Shown piece after piece: positions 1 to 12,026 of a stretch of DNA of 64,000 nt (position 1 is the stretch's first letter; the number at the start of each line of letters is the position of its first letter). Position numbers and translations under genes: made by a program. The notes below the pieces were generated by a model that was not told where the DNA came from, ran no database searches, and saw only the letters and a list, made by a program, of their open reading frames with translations. Source of the stretch: Escherichia coli (lineage in GTDB: Bacteria; Pseudomonadota; Gammaproteobacteria; Enterobacterales; Enterobacteriaceae); the NCBI RefSeq assembly GCF_036507355.1, contig NZ_AP027877.1. One strand, given 5' to 3'.

Positions 1-128
1 CATTGCCAAACGCCGAGGCAAAAATCACCCGCCTGCCACTAGGCTTTTTCTTCACACTCACGCTTTCATTTACGATCGCCGTCATTCCATGTTCCTTGCC
101 ATAAAGAGTTGTTGTGTTGTTTTTTTAT

Positions 129-1295
129 TTATTGCAGCCAGGCTTCTACCAGTGCGCCCCAGTAGCTGCTTGCCGGGATCAGACTTGCATCGTTGAAGTC
201 GTAACCCGGGTTATGCACCATGCAGGAACCTTCCCCGACATCGCCATTACCGAATAACAGGAAACCGCCTTTGGGTTGGGCTTCCAGCATGAAAGAGAAA
301 TCCTCACTGCCCATCAGGGGCTTGATGCCAAACTCGGCCCGATCTTCACCAAACGTTTTACACGCCACCTGCCAGGCGAAGCGCGCCATCTCCTCGTCAT
401 TCACTAATACCGGTGTACCGTTAACATGCGTAACCTCAGCCGTAGCACCAAAGCTGGCAGCCTGGGCCTGTGCCAAAGCAGGAATACGGGTCAGAAGAAG
501 TTGTCGGGTATCGCGGCTAAGAGAGCGGACGCTGATTTTCATCTCAGCACTGTCAGGAATGACGTTAGCCGCCTCCCCTGCAACAATGCTGCCAACGGTA
601 ATTACCGCCGCTTCCAGCGGATCGACATTGCGTGACACAATGCTTTGTAATGCGGTGGTGATATGTGCGGCAACCAGCACCGGATCGATGGCTTTGTGCG
701 GGATCGCACCGTGTCCGCCACAACCACGAACCGTAATATGGAACTGATCCATTGACGCCATCAGTGCCCCTGGCTGGAAATAAAACTTACCCACCGGCAG
801 ACCGGGCATGTTATGCATGCCGAAAATGACATCGCAGGGGAAACGATCAAAAAGCCCCTCTTTAACCATGATCTCACCGCCGTTAATCATCTCTTCCGCA
901 GGCTGGAAGATAAGACGTAACGTGCCGTTAAAACGGCGGGTTTCGGCAAAATAACGCGCGGCCCCCAGCAGTATGGTGGTATGCCCGTCATGCCCGCAGG
1001 CGTGCATTAAACCAGGATGTTTACTGGCCCAGGGCTTGCCACTATTTTCATAAATCGGCAACGCATCCATATCCGCCCGCAGGCCAATACTTTTCTCTCC
1101 GTCGCCCACTTTTAACGTGGCTACCACGCCGGTTGTCGCCAGCCCTTGCTCAACCTTATAGCCCCACTGGCGCAGCTTTTCCGCAACCAAAGCACTGGTT
1201 TTAAATTCTTGTAATCCCAGCTCCGGGTTTTCGTGGATCTGATGGCGGATCTCACGCAGTTCTTCCTCAAACCCTCGAATATAGTGTTCGATCAT
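129..1295 (-). CDS. M20D-family amidohydrolase (hippurate hydrolase / aminoacylase-like)
   Basis: 388-aa ORF with MHACGHDGHT metal-binding motif typical of M20D peptidases; divergent from sthA where K-12 has fabR. Confidence 0.8.
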   Translation of the reverse strand: MIEHYIRGFEEELREIRHQIHENPELGLQEFKTSALVAEKLRQWGYKVEQGLATTGVVATLKVGDGEKSIGLRADMDALPIYENSGKPWASKHPGLMHACGHDGHTTILLGAARYFAETRRFNGTLRLIFQPAEEMINGGEIMVKEGLFDRFPCDVIFGMHNMPGLPVGKFYFQPGALMASMDQFHITVRGCGGHGAIPHKAIDPVLVAAHITTALQSIVSRNVDPLEAAVITVGSIVAGEAANVIPDSAEMKISVRSLSRDTRQLLLTRIPALAQAQAASFGATAEVTHVNGTPVLVNDEEMARFAWQVACKTFGEDRAEFGIKPLMGSEDFSFMLEAQPKGGFLLFGNGDVGEGSCMVHNPGYDFNDASLIPASSYWGALVEAWLQ

Positions 1296-1624
1296 CGGCT
1301 ATTCCTTTATTCACTTATAAACAGGCTAATTAACGGATTTTATTGATGGTATAAATACAAATAACCCATCAATATAAAATATTTATATGTTTGTTTTATA
1401 AGAAGATTTCATAAAGACAATAACAAAAAAGCACGCTTCGGCAAGATAAAACTATCAGCCATAATAAAAAGCGATTAATAGTGAATAAATGTGTTAAGAA
1501 GGAGGCAGACAAAGCAAAGGCCGCTCACGCTATAGCCAGATTAATGACGGGGATCAATTGGCTTACCCGCGATAAAATGTTACCATTCTGTTGCTTTTAT
1601 GTATAAGAACAGGTAAGCCCTACC

Positions 1625-3025
1625 ATGCCACATTCCTACGATTACGATGCCATAGTAATAGGTTCCGGCCCCGGCGGCGAAGGCGCTGCAATGGGCCTGG
1701 TTAAGCAAGGTGCGCGCGTCGCAGTTATCGAGCGTTATCAAAATGTTGGCGGCGGTTGCACCCACTGGGGCACCATCCCGTCGAAAGCTCTCCGTCACGC
1801 CGTCAGCCGCATTATAGAATTCAATCAAAACCCACTATACAGCGACCATTCCCGACTGCTCCGCTCTTCTTTTGCCGATATCCTTAACCATGCCGATAAC
1901 GTGATTAATCAACAAACGCGCATGCGTCAGGGATTTTACGAACGTAATCACTGTGAAATATTGCAGGGGAACGCTCGCTTTGTTGACGAGCATACGTTGG
2001 CGCTGGATTGCCCGGACGGCAGCGTTGAAACACTAACCGCTGAAAAATTTGTTATTGCCTGCGGCTCTCGTCCATATCATCCAACAGATGTTGATTTCAC
2101 CCATCCACGCATTTACGACAGCGACTCAATTCTCAGCATGCACCACGAACCGCGCCATGTACTTATCTATGGTGCTGGAGTGATCGGCTGTGAATATGCG
2201 TCGATCTTCCGCGGTATGGATGTAAAAGTGGATCTGATCAACACCCGCGATCGCCTGCTGGCATTTCTCGATCAAGAGATGTCAGATTCTCTCTCCTATC
2301 ACTTCTGGAACAGTGGCGTAGTGATTCGTCACAACGAAGAGTACGAGAAGATCGAAGGCTGTGACGACGGTGTAATCATGCATCTGAAGTCGGGTAAAAA
2401 ACTGAAAGCCGACTGTCTGCTCTATGCCAACGGCCGCACCGGTAATACCGATTCGCTGGCATTACAGAACATTGGGCTGGAAACTGACAGTCGCGGACAG
2501 CTGAAGGTCAACAGCATGTATCAGACCGCACAGCCGCACGTTTACGCGGTGGGCGACGTGATTGGTTATCCGAGCCTGGCATCAGCGGCCTATGACCAGG
2601 GGCGCATTGCCGCGCAGGCGCTGGTAAAAGGCGAAGCCACCGCACATCTGATTGAAGATATCCCTACCGGCATTTACACCATCCCGGAAATCAGCTCTGT
2701 GGGCAAAACCGAACAGCAGCTGACCGCGATGAAAGTGCCATATGAAGTGGGCCGCGCCCAGTTCAAACATCTGGCACGTGCACAAATCGTCGGCATGAAC
2801 GTGGGCACGCTGAAAATTTTGTTCCATCGGGAAACAAAAGAGATTCTGGGCATTCACTGCTTTGGCGAGCGCGCTGCCGAAATTATTCATATCGGTCAGG
2901 CGATTATGGAACAGAAAGGTGGCGGCAACACTATTGAGTACTTCGTCAACACCACCTTTAACTACCCGACGATGGCGGAAGCCTATCGGGTAGCTGCGTT
3001 AAACGGTTTAAACCGCCTGTTTTAA
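1625..3025 (+). CDS. sthA: soluble pyridine nucleotide transhydrogenase
   Basis: 466-aa ORF, N-terminal FAD-binding GSGPGG motif, recalled SthA sequence, synteny with oxyR. Confidence 0.95.
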
Positions 3026-3925
3026 CACTTTATCGAAATGGCCATCCATTCTTGCGCGGATGGCCTCTGCCAGCTGCTCATAGCGGCTGCGCAGCGGTGA
3101 GCCAGGACGATAAACCAGGCCAATAGTGCGGCGTGGTTCCGGCTTAATGCACGGCAGATAAACAACCCCATCGCGTTTGCGCTCCGGCGGCACAGCCAGC
3201 GCAGGCAGTAAAGTGATCCCGCTACCTGCCGCCACCATGTTGCGCAGAGTTTCCAGGCTGGTCGCGCGGAAGTGTGTATCTTCATCCGCCCCGGCTTCAA
3301 AACAGAAACCCATTGCCTGATCGCGCAAACAGTGACCATCTTCCAGCATCAGCAGTTTTTCCCCAGCCAGATCGGCCATCGGTACGCATTCGCGGTTCGC
3401 CCACGGGTGGTCTTCATAGATAGCCAGCAACATTGGCTCATCAAACAACGGCACTTCAATGAATGCTTCGCTCTCTTTCACCAGCGCGAGGATCACGCAA
3501 TCGAGTTTGCCGCTGTCCAGTTGCGCCAGTAACTGGTGGGTCTGTGCTTCATGCAGATACATTTCCAGCTTTGGAAAGGTCTGGTGCAGCATCGGGATAA
3601 TATGCGGTAGCAGGTACGGTCCAACCGTGGGAATCAAACCAATATGCAGCGGTCCGGACATCGTCTCGCCCTGCTGGCTTGCCATCTCTTTAAGGACTTT
3701 CACCTCACGCAGCACGGTACGCGCCTGATCCACCAGCAGCATTCCCGCCTGGGTGAACAACACTTTACGGCTGGTCCGCTCCAGCAACATCACGCCCAGC
3801 TCATCTTCCAGCTTACGAATTTGCCCGCTAAGCGTCGGCTGGCTAACGTGGCAGGAATCTGCCGCACGCCGAAAATGGCGGTGTTCAGCCAATGCCACCA
3901 GGTACTCAAGATCACGAATATTCAT
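3008..3925 (-). CDS. oxyR: LysR-family oxidative stress regulator OxyR
   Basis: 305 aa from MNIRDLEYL; LysR HTH; convergent with sthA, overlapping its 3' end by 18 bp. Confidence 0.95.
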   Translation of the reverse strand: MNIRDLEYLVALAEHRHFRRAADSCHVSQPTLSGQIRKLEDELGVMLLERTSRKVLFTQAGMLLVDQARTVLREVKVLKEMASQQGETMSGPLHIGLIPTVGPYLLPHIIPMLHQTFPKLEMYLHEAQTHQLLAQLDSGKLDCVILALVKESEAFIEVPLFDEPMLLAIYEDHPWANRECVPMADLAGEKLLMLEDGHCLRDQAMGFCFEAGADEDTHFRATSLETLRNMVAAGSGITLLPALAVPPERKRDGVVYLPCIKPEPRRTIGLVYRPGSPLRSRYEQLAEAIRARMDGHFDKVLKQAV

Positions 3926-4020
3926 TATCCATCCTCCATCGCCACGATAGTTCATGGCGATAGGTAGAATAGCAATGAACGATTATCCCTATCAAGCATT
4001 CTGACTGATAATTGCTCACA

Positions 4021-4137
4021 GAAACGGAGCGGCACCTCTTTTAACCCTTGAAGTCACTGCCCGTTTCGAGAGTTTCTCAACTCGAATAACTAAAGCCAAC
4101 GTGAACTTTTGCGGATCTCCAGGATCCGCTTTTTTTT
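4021..4137 (+). ncRNA. oxyS: OxyS small regulatory RNA
   Basis: Sequence GAAACGGAGCGGCACCTCTTTTAACCC... matches recalled OxyS; divergent from oxyR; ends in GC hairpin plus T-run (4111-4137). Confidence 0.85.
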
Positions 4138-4191
4138 GCCATAAAAAAGCCCGGCGATAAGCCAGGCTCAAATTTGTACATATAAATGTTC

Positions 4192-5565
4192 TTACCCCAA
4201 CCGCGCCCTTGCAAAAGCAATCGCCTGCGCCACCTGCTGCGGTGAGACGCCGCCTTTTGCCGCACGCTTGTCGAGGCACGATTGCAGCGACAAAATCGGA
4301 TAGACATCTTCGCCAATCACCGGGCTGAATTTCTGCAACTCGTCGAGCGGCAGTTCTTCCAGCGGTTTGCCCTGACGAATGGCTTCCACCACCGCTTCAC
4401 CAACAATATGGTGCGCCTCGCGGAAAGGTACGCCTTTCGCCACCAGGTAATCCGCCAGTTCGGTGGCGTTGGCGTAACCCTGCTGAGCCGCTTCCTGGCA
4501 ACGTGGACGTTTCACCTGGATGCCGTCCAGCACCAGCGCCGCCATATGCAGGCAGTCCAGCCAGGTATCGAGCGCGTCGAACAGACCTTCTTTGTCTTCC
4601 TGCATATCTTTGTTGTAAGCCAGCGGCAAACCTTTCAGCGTCATCATCATGCCGGTTAACGCGCCCTGCACCCGACCGCATTTACCGCGAATCAGCTCCA
4701 GCGCATCCGGGTTTTTCTTCTGCGGCATTAATGATGAACCGGAAGTCACGCGGTCAGAAAGCTCCACAAACCCCGCTTCGCCGGTGTTAAAGAAAATCAG
4801 ATCTTCAGCAAAACGCGACAGATGCACCATGCCGATAGCGGCAGCCGACAGCAGTTCCAGCACGTGGTCACGGTCAGAAACGCTGTCGAGACTGTTACGG
4901 GTCGCTGAAGCAAAGCCCAGCCAGCCAGCTAACTGTTCACGGTCGATCTCATAAGCCGTTCCCGCCAGCGCGCCACAGCCTAACGGACTGACATCCAGAC
5001 GCTTAAGCGCATCCTGCAAACGGCTTTCATCACGCGCCAGCATCTCAACATAGGCCAGGCACCAGTGCGCGAACGTCACCGGCTGGGCGCGTTGCAGGTG
5101 AGTGTAACCTGGCATGACCGCGTCCTGATTGTTTTGTGCGGTTTCCACCAGCGCCGATTGCAGCTGTCGGTTAGCCGTCAGTAACTCGCTAACGGTATCT
5201 TTGCACCACAGTTTCAGGTCAGTCGCTACCTGATCATTACGACTACGCCCGGTATGCAGCTTTTTGCCTAACTGGCCCACTTTGTCGATCAGTTTCCCTT
5301 CCACCCAGCTATGGATATCTTCGGCGTCGCTTTCAAGGATTTGTTGTGGCCTGGCGCGAACATCTTCCAGCAGCACGTTCAGCGCCTCTTCCAGTTGCGC
5401 CTGCTCTTCTGCGGTTAACACGCCGACCGTTACCAGGGCTTTGGACCAGGCCACAGAGCCAACAATATCCTGCTCCGCCAGACGGTAATCAAAGCGCAGT
5501 GAGTCGTTGAATTGTTTGAACCGTTGATCTGCTGCCTGGGTAAAACGCCCGCCCCAAAGTGCCAT
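4192..5565 (-). CDS. argH: argininosuccinate lyase
   Basis: 457-aa ORF, recalled ArgH sequence, argCBH synteny. Confidence 0.95.
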   Translation of the reverse strand: MALWGGRFTQAADQRFKQFNDSLRFDYRLAEQDIVGSVAWSKALVTVGVLTAEEQAQLEEALNVLLEDVRARPQQILESDAEDIHSWVEGKLIDKVGQLGKKLHTGRSRNDQVATDLKLWCKDTVSELLTANRQLQSALVETAQNNQDAVMPGYTHLQRAQPVTFAHWCLAYVEMLARDESRLQDALKRLDVSPLGCGALAGTAYEIDREQLAGWLGFASATRNSLDSVSDRDHVLELLSAAAIGMVHLSRFAEDLIFFNTGEAGFVELSDRVTSGSSLMPQKKNPDALELIRGKCGRVQGALTGMMMTLKGLPLAYNKDMQEDKEGLFDALDTWLDCLHMAALVLDGIQVKRPRCQEAAQQGYANATELADYLVAKGVPFREAHHIVGEAVVEAIRQGKPLEELPLDELQKFSPVIGEDVYPILSLQSCLDKRAAKGGVSPQQVAQAIAFARARLG

Positions 5566-5625
5566 AACTCTGTTTCCTTATTTTGAAATTCAATGCCGGA
5601 AAGCTGCGCCTCCGGCCAACAAAAC

Positions 5626-6402
5626 TTAAGCTAAAATCCGCGTACCCATCGGCATACCGTTAAACAGTGCCGGAAGCTGCTCCGCATGACGCCAGGAGGC
5701 GATATCTACCGGACGGCCCAACGTGCGCGCAGCATCCAGCGCCGCGTTCACTTTCACTATCATGCCGTCAGTAATAATGCCCTGCTCAATCAGTTGTTCT
5801 GCTTTCGCGGCGGTCATTTCGGCAATACGTTGCCCTTTGCCGTCGAGAATGCCACTGACGTCGGAGAGCAAAATCAGATCCGCGCCCAGCGTTGCCGCCA
5901 GCGCCGTTGCCGCCTGGTCGGCATTGACGTTCATCAGTTGCCCTTCGTCTGTTACGCCAATGGAGCTGACCACCGGCAGATAACCGTTCTCCAGCAAGGA
6001 GTTGATAAGCTTAGGCGAACCTGGCTGCGCCAGTCCAACATGACCTAACTCTTCATCAAGCTGGGTCACTTTGACGCTGTCGCCGTCACCGAGAAACAAA
6101 CCTACGGCCGCAATCTGATGTTTCTTCGCCCATGCCAGCAGGGTTTTATTTGCCGTTCCCGCCAGTGCTCCAGTGATAATGTCTATCTGATCCGCAGGCG
6201 TCACCCGCAGGCCATTTTTCTTTTTCACCGGCAGATTCAGCCCTTTCATCAGCTCATCCACCACGCAACCGCCGCCGTGGACAATCACCAGCGGACGCTG
6301 ATGTGACTCACGATAATTCACCAGTGCGCTAAACAGACGCTCCAGCGCCTCTTCACTATCCAGCAGTACGCCACCCAGTTTGATAATTAATGGATTCATC
6401 AT
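5626..6402 (-). CDS. argB: acetylglutamate kinase
   Basis: 258 aa from [11 protein letters not shown]; argCBH operon order. Confidence 0.9.
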
Positions 6403-6409
6403 TGCACCC

Positions 6410-7414
6410 TTAAATAAGAGACTGCGTTTCCGCATAGCCGAAACGAATATTGGCGCACTGTACCGCTTGTGCCGCCGCGCCTTTCAGTAAGTTGTCTTCG
6501 GTCGCCACAATAATCAGATGTTCGCCCTGAACGGCAAACCCGATATCGCAAAATGGTAGCCCAACGACATTTTTCAGCGCCGGAACGCCTTTGTCATACA
6601 GCCGCACCAGCGGTTTATGGGCATACGCCTGCTGTAACACTTGCGCGACTTGCGCCTGGGTCACACCCGGTTTCAGGCGGCAGGTAATGGTTTCGAGAAT
6701 GCCGCGCGGGAAATTGCCCAGATGCGGGGTGAAGATAACGTCAGCACCGAGGTGTGTGGCGATCTCTGGTTGATGGCGATGAGTAAAGACGCCATACGGT
6801 TGCAGGCTAACTTCACAAAAACTATTTGAAATCGCTGCCTTACGTCCTGCACCGCTCACGCCGCTGGTGGCGTTGATCACCGGCCACTGATTGAGGTCAA
6901 GAAGATCGGCATCAATCAACGGTTTCAGCGCCAGCTGTGCCGCCGTCGGATAACAGCCTGGCACCGCAATCAAATTCGCTTCTTTTAATTTATTACCGCT
7001 CCACTCCGCCAGACCGTAGGCTGCCTGTTCCAGCAGTTCCGGGTATTGATGGGTAAAGCCGTAATATTTTTCATAGAAGGTGGCGTCGTTAACACGAAAC
7101 GCGCCGGAAAGGTCGAACACCACGCAGCCCGCTTCAAGAAACTGCGGCGCTAAATCGTGGCTAACTTCATGGGCGGTGGCGAGAAACACTACGTCCACCC
7201 CTGGGCTAAACTCGCTGATATCCGACATCGGCTGCAACGGCAGATCAACGATGCCTTTTAGCTGCGGATGCAAATCGGAGATTAACTTTCCCGCATCATT
7301 GCTTTGCGCTGAAACAGTCAAAGCGGTTATGTTCATATGCGGATGGCGATTTACATAGGTCACTAGCTCTGCGCCAGCGTAGCCGCTGGCACCCACAATC
7401 AGCGTATTCAACAT
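6410..7414 (-). CDS. argC: N-acetyl-gamma-glutamyl-phosphate reductase
   Basis: 334-aa ORF, argCBH synteny. Confidence 0.95.
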
Positions 7415-7567
7415 CGGGGCTATTCACCTTCTTATGTCTGGTTGCCAGGTTAAACGTAAAACATTCACCTTACGGCTGGTGGGTTTTATTACGCTCAACG
7501 TTAGTGTATTTTTATTCATAAATACTGCATGAATATTGATACTATCATGACCAGAGGTGTGTCAACA

Positions 7568-8719
7568 ATGAAAAACAAATTACCGCCATTTATCGAGATT
7601 TACCGTGCTCTGATTGCCACACCTTCAATAAGCGCCACGGAAGAGGCACTCGATCAAAGCAATGCAGATTTAATCACTCTGCTGGCGGACTGGTTTAAAG
7701 ATTTAGGCTTCAATGTGGAAGTGCAGCCTGTGCCAGGAACTCGCAACAAATTTAATATGCTGGCAAGTACCGGACAGGGGGCTGGCGGCTTGTTGCTGGC
7801 GGGGCATACCGATACAGTGCCATTTGATGACGGTCGCTGGACGCGCGATCCGTTTACACTGACGGAGCATGACGGCAAGCTTTACGGCTTAGGCACCGCC
7901 GACATGAAAGGCTTTTTTGCGTTTATCCTTGATGCGCTACGCGATGTCGACGTCACGAAACTGAAAAAACCGCTCTACATTCTGGCGACTGCTGATGAAG
8001 AAACCAGTATGGCCGGAGCGCGTTATTTTGCCGAAACTACCGCCCTGCGCCCGGATTGCGCCATCATTGGCGAACCGACGTCACTACAACCGGTACGCGC
8101 ACATAAAGGTCATATCTCTAACGCCATCCGTATTCAGGGCCAGTCGGGGCACTCCAGCGATCCAGCACGCGGAGTTAACGCTATCGAACTAATGCACGAC
8201 GCCATCGGGCATATTTTGCAATTGCGCGATAACCTGAAAGAACGTTATCACTACGAAGCGTTTACCGTGCCATACCCTACGCTCAACCTCGGGCATATTC
8301 ACGGTGGCGACGCTTCTAACCGTATTTGCGCTTGCTGTGAGTTGCATATGGATATTCGTCCGCTGCCTGGCATGACACTCAATGAACTTAATGGTTTGCT
8401 CAACGATGCATTGGCTCCGGTGAGCGAACGCTGGCCGGGTCGTCTGACGGTCGACGAGCTGCATCCGCCGATCCCTGGCTATGAATGCCCACCGAATCAT
8501 CAACTGGTTGAAGTGGTTGAGAAATTGCTCGGAGCAAAGACCGAAGTGGTGAATTACTGTACCGAAGCGCCGTTTATTCAAACGTTATGCCCGACGCTGG
8601 TTCTGGGGCCGGGTTCAATCAATCAAGCCCATCAGCCTGATGAATATCTGGAGACGAGGTTTCTCAAGCCCACCCGCGAACTGATCACCCAGGTGATTCA
8701 CCATTTTTGCTGGCATTAA
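7568..8719 (+). CDS. argE: acetylornithine deacetylase
   Basis: 383 aa from [12 protein letters not shown]; M20 peptidase; divergent from argC. Confidence 0.9.
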   Translation: MKNKLPPFIEIYRALIATPSISATEEALDQSNADLITLLADWFKDLGFNVEVQPVPGTRNKFNMLASTGQGAGGLLLAGHTDTVPFDDGRWTRDPFTLTEHDGKLYGLGTADMKGFFAFILDALRDVDVTKLKKPLYILATADEETSMAGARYFAETTALRPDCAIIGEPTSLQPVRAHKGHISNAIRIQGQSGHSSDPARGVNAIELMHDAIGHILQLRDNLKERYHYEAFTVPYPTLNLGHIHGGDASNRICACCELHMDIRPLPGMTLNELNGLLNDALAPVSERWPGRLTVDELHPPIPGYECPPNHQLVEVVEKLLGAKTEVVNYCTEAPFIQTLCPTLVLGPGSINQAHQPDEYLETRFLKPTRELITQVIHHFCWH

Positions 8720-8722
8720 AAC

Positions 8723-8947
8723 GTAGGCCGGATAAGGCGCTCGCGCCGCATCCGGCGCTGTTGCCAAACTCCAGTGCCGCAATAATGTCGGATGCGATGC
8801 TTGCGCATCTTATCCGACCTACAGTGACTCAAACGATGCCCAACCGTAGGCCGGATAAGGCGCTCGCGCCGCATCCGGCACTGTTGCCAAACTCCAGTGC
8901 CGCAATAATGTCGGATGCGATACTTGCGCATCTTATCCGACCTACAC
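8723..8947. repeat. tandem REP/BIME-type palindromic units (about 120-bp unit, two copies)
   Basis: Near-identical units containing GCCGGATAAGGCGCTCGCGCCGCATCCGGC; intergenic between argE and ppc. Confidence 0.85.
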
Positions 8948-9193
8948 CTTTGGTGTTACTTGAGGCGATTTTTTAACATTCCCATAAGTTACGCTTATTT
9001 AAAGCGTCGTGAATTTAATGACGTAAATTCCTGCTATTTATTCGTTTGCTGAAGCGATTTCGCAGCATTTGACGTCATCGCTTTTACGTGGCTTTATAAA
9101 AGACGACGAAAAGCAAAGCCCGAGCATATTCGCGCCAATGCGACGTGAAGGATACAGGGCTATCAAACGATAAGATGGGGTGTCTGGGGTAAT

Positions 9194-11845
9194 ATGAACG
9201 AACAATATTCCGCATTGCGTAGTAATGTCAGTATGCTCGGCAAAGTGCTGGGAGAAACCATCAAGGATGCGTTGGGAGAACACATTCTTGAACGCGTAGA
9301 AACTATCCGTAAGTTGTCCAAATCTTCACGCGCTGGCAATGATGCTAACCGCCAGGAGTTACTCACCACCTTACAAAATTTGTCGAACGACGAGCTGCTG
9401 CCCGTTGCGCGTGCGTTTAGTCAGTTCCTGAACCTGGCCAACACCGCCGAGCAATACCACAGCATTTCGCCGAAAGGCGAAGCTGCCAGCAACCCGGAAG
9501 TGATCGCCCGCACCCTGCGCAAACTGAAAAACCAGCCGGAACTGAGCGAAGACACCATCAAAAAAGCAGTGGAATCGCTGTCGCTGGAACTGGTCCTCAC
9601 GGCTCACCCAACCGAAATTACCCGTCGTACACTGATCCACAAAATGGTGGAAGTGAACGCCTGTTTAAAACAGCTCGATAACAAAGATATCGCTGACTAC
9701 GAACACAACCAGCTGATGCGCCGCCTGCGCCAGTTGATCGCCCAGTCATGGCATACCGATGAAATCCGTAAGCTGCGTCCAAGCCCGGTAGATGAAGCCA
9801 AATGGGGCTTTGCCGTAGTAGAAAACAGCCTGTGGCAAGGCGTACCGAATTACCTGCGCGAACTGAACGAACAACTGGAAGAGAACCTCGGCTACAAACT
9901 GCCCGTCGAATTTGTTCCGGTACGTTTTACCTCGTGGATGGGCGGTGACCGCGACGGCAACCCAAACGTCACTGCCGATATCACCCGCCACGTCCTGCTG
10001 CTCAGCCGTTGGAAAGCCACCGATCTGTTCCTGAAAGATATTCAGGTGCTGGTTTCTGAACTGTCGATGGTTGAAGCGACCCCTGAACTGCTGGCGCTGG
10101 TTGGCGAAGAAGGTGCCGCAGAACCGTATCGCTATCTGATGAAAAACCTGCGTTCTCGCCTGATGGCGACACAGGCATGGCTGGAAGCGCGCCTGAAAGG
10201 CGAAGAACTGCCAAAACCAGAAGGCCTGCTGACACAAAACGAAGAACTGTGGGAACCGCTCTACGCTTGCTACCAGTCACTTCAGGCGTGTGGCATGGGT
10301 ATTATCGCCAACGGCGATCTGCTCGACACCCTGCGCCGCGTGAAATGTTTCGGCGTACCGCTGGTCCGTATTGATATCCGTCAGGAGAGCACCCGCCATA
10401 CCGAAGCGCTGGGCGAGCTGACTCGCTACCTCGGTATCGGCGACTACGAAAGCTGGTCAGAGGCCGACAAACAGGCGTTCCTGATCCGCGAACTGAACTC
10501 CAAACGTCCGCTTCTGCCGCGCAACTGGCAACCAAGCGCCGAAACGCGCGAAGTGCTCGATACCTGCCAGGTGATTGCCGAAGCGCCGCAAGGCTCCATT
10601 GCCGCCTACGTGATCTCGATGGCGAAAACGCCATCCGACGTGCTGGCTGTCCACCTGCTGCTGAAAGAAGCGGGTATCGGGTTTGCGATGCCGGTTGCTC
10701 CGCTGTTTGAAACCCTCGATGACCTGAACAACGCCAACGATGTCATGACCCAGCTGCTCAATATCGACTGGTATCGCGGCCTGATTCAGGGCAAACAGAT
10801 GGTGATGATTGGCTATTCCGACTCAGCAAAAGATGCGGGCGTGATGGCAGCGTCCTGGGCGCAATATCAGGCACAGGATGCATTAATCAAAACCTGCGAA
10901 AAAGCGGGTATTGAGCTGACGTTGTTCCACGGTCGCGGCGGTTCCATTGGTCGCGGCGGCGCACCTGCTCATGCGGCGCTGCTGTCACAACCGCCAGGAA
11001 GCCTGAAAGGTGGCCTGCGCGTGACTGAACAGGGCGAGATGATCCGCTTTAAATATGGTCTGCCAGAAATCACCGTCAGCAGCCTGTCGCTTTACACCGG
11101 GGCGATTCTGGAAGCCAACCTGCTGCCACCACCTGAGCCGAAAGAGAGCTGGCGTCGCATTATGGATGAACTATCAGTCATCTCCTGCGATCTCTACCGT
11201 GGCTACGTACGTGAAAACAAAGATTTTGTGCCTTACTTCCGCTCCGCTACGCCGGAACAGGAACTGGGCAAACTGCCGTTGGGTTCACGTCCGGCGAAAC
11301 GTCGCCCAACCGGCGGCGTCGAGTCACTACGCGCCATTCCGTGGATCTTCGCCTGGACGCAAAACCGTCTGATGCTCCCCGCCTGGCTGGGTGCAGGTAC
11401 GGCGCTGCAAAAAGTGGTCGAAGATGGCAAACAGAGCGAGCTGGAGGCTATGTGCCGCGATTGGCCATTCTTCTCGACGCGTCTCGGCATGCTGGAGATG
11501 GTCTTCGCCAAAGCAGACCTGTGGCTGGCGGAATACTATGACCAACGCCTGGTAGACAAAGCACTGTGGCCGTTAGGTAAAGAGTTACGCAATCTGCAAG
11601 AAGAAGACATCAAAGTGGTGCTGGCGATTGCCAACGATTCCCATCTGATGGCCGATCTGCCGTGGATTGCAGAGTCTATTCAGCTACGGAATATTTACAC
11701 CGACCCGCTGAACGTATTGCAAGCCGAGTTGCTGCACCGCTCCCGCCAGGCAGAAAAAGAAGGCCAAGAACCGGATCCTCGCGTCGAGCAGGCGTTAATG
11801 GTCACTATTGCCGGGATTGCGGCAGGTATGCGTAATACCGGCTAA
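9194..11845 (+). CDS. ppc: phosphoenolpyruvate carboxylase
   Basis: 883-aa ORF, recalled Ppc sequence. Confidence 0.95.
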
Positions 11846-12026
11846 TCTTCCTCTCCTGCAAACCCTCGTGCTTTTGCGCGAGGGTTTTCTGAAATACTTC
11901 TGTTCTAACACCCTCGTTTTCAATATATTTCTGTCTGCATTTTATTCAAATTCTGGATATCCCTTCAGATATCCTTAAGGAATTGTCGTTACATTCGGCG
12001 ATATTTTTTCAAGACAGGTTCTTACT

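Noticed and set aside
220-747. Plus-strand ORFs (175 aa and 69 aa) inside the M20D amidohydrolase gene
   Set aside because: Antisense shadow ORFs fully contained in a longer gene with clear family motifs; no independent start signals.
8716-8976. Repeated units that could be mistaken for a CRISPR array, with two ORFs of 89 and 71 aa
   Set aside because: Only two copies of an imperfectly palindromic REP/BIME unit, with no regular repeat-spacer architecture; the ORFs are artefacts of the repeats.
9746-10654. Several minus-strand ORFs (65-163 aa) inside ppc
   Set aside because: Antisense frames within a well-supported 883-aa gene; Arg/Gln-rich artefactual composition.
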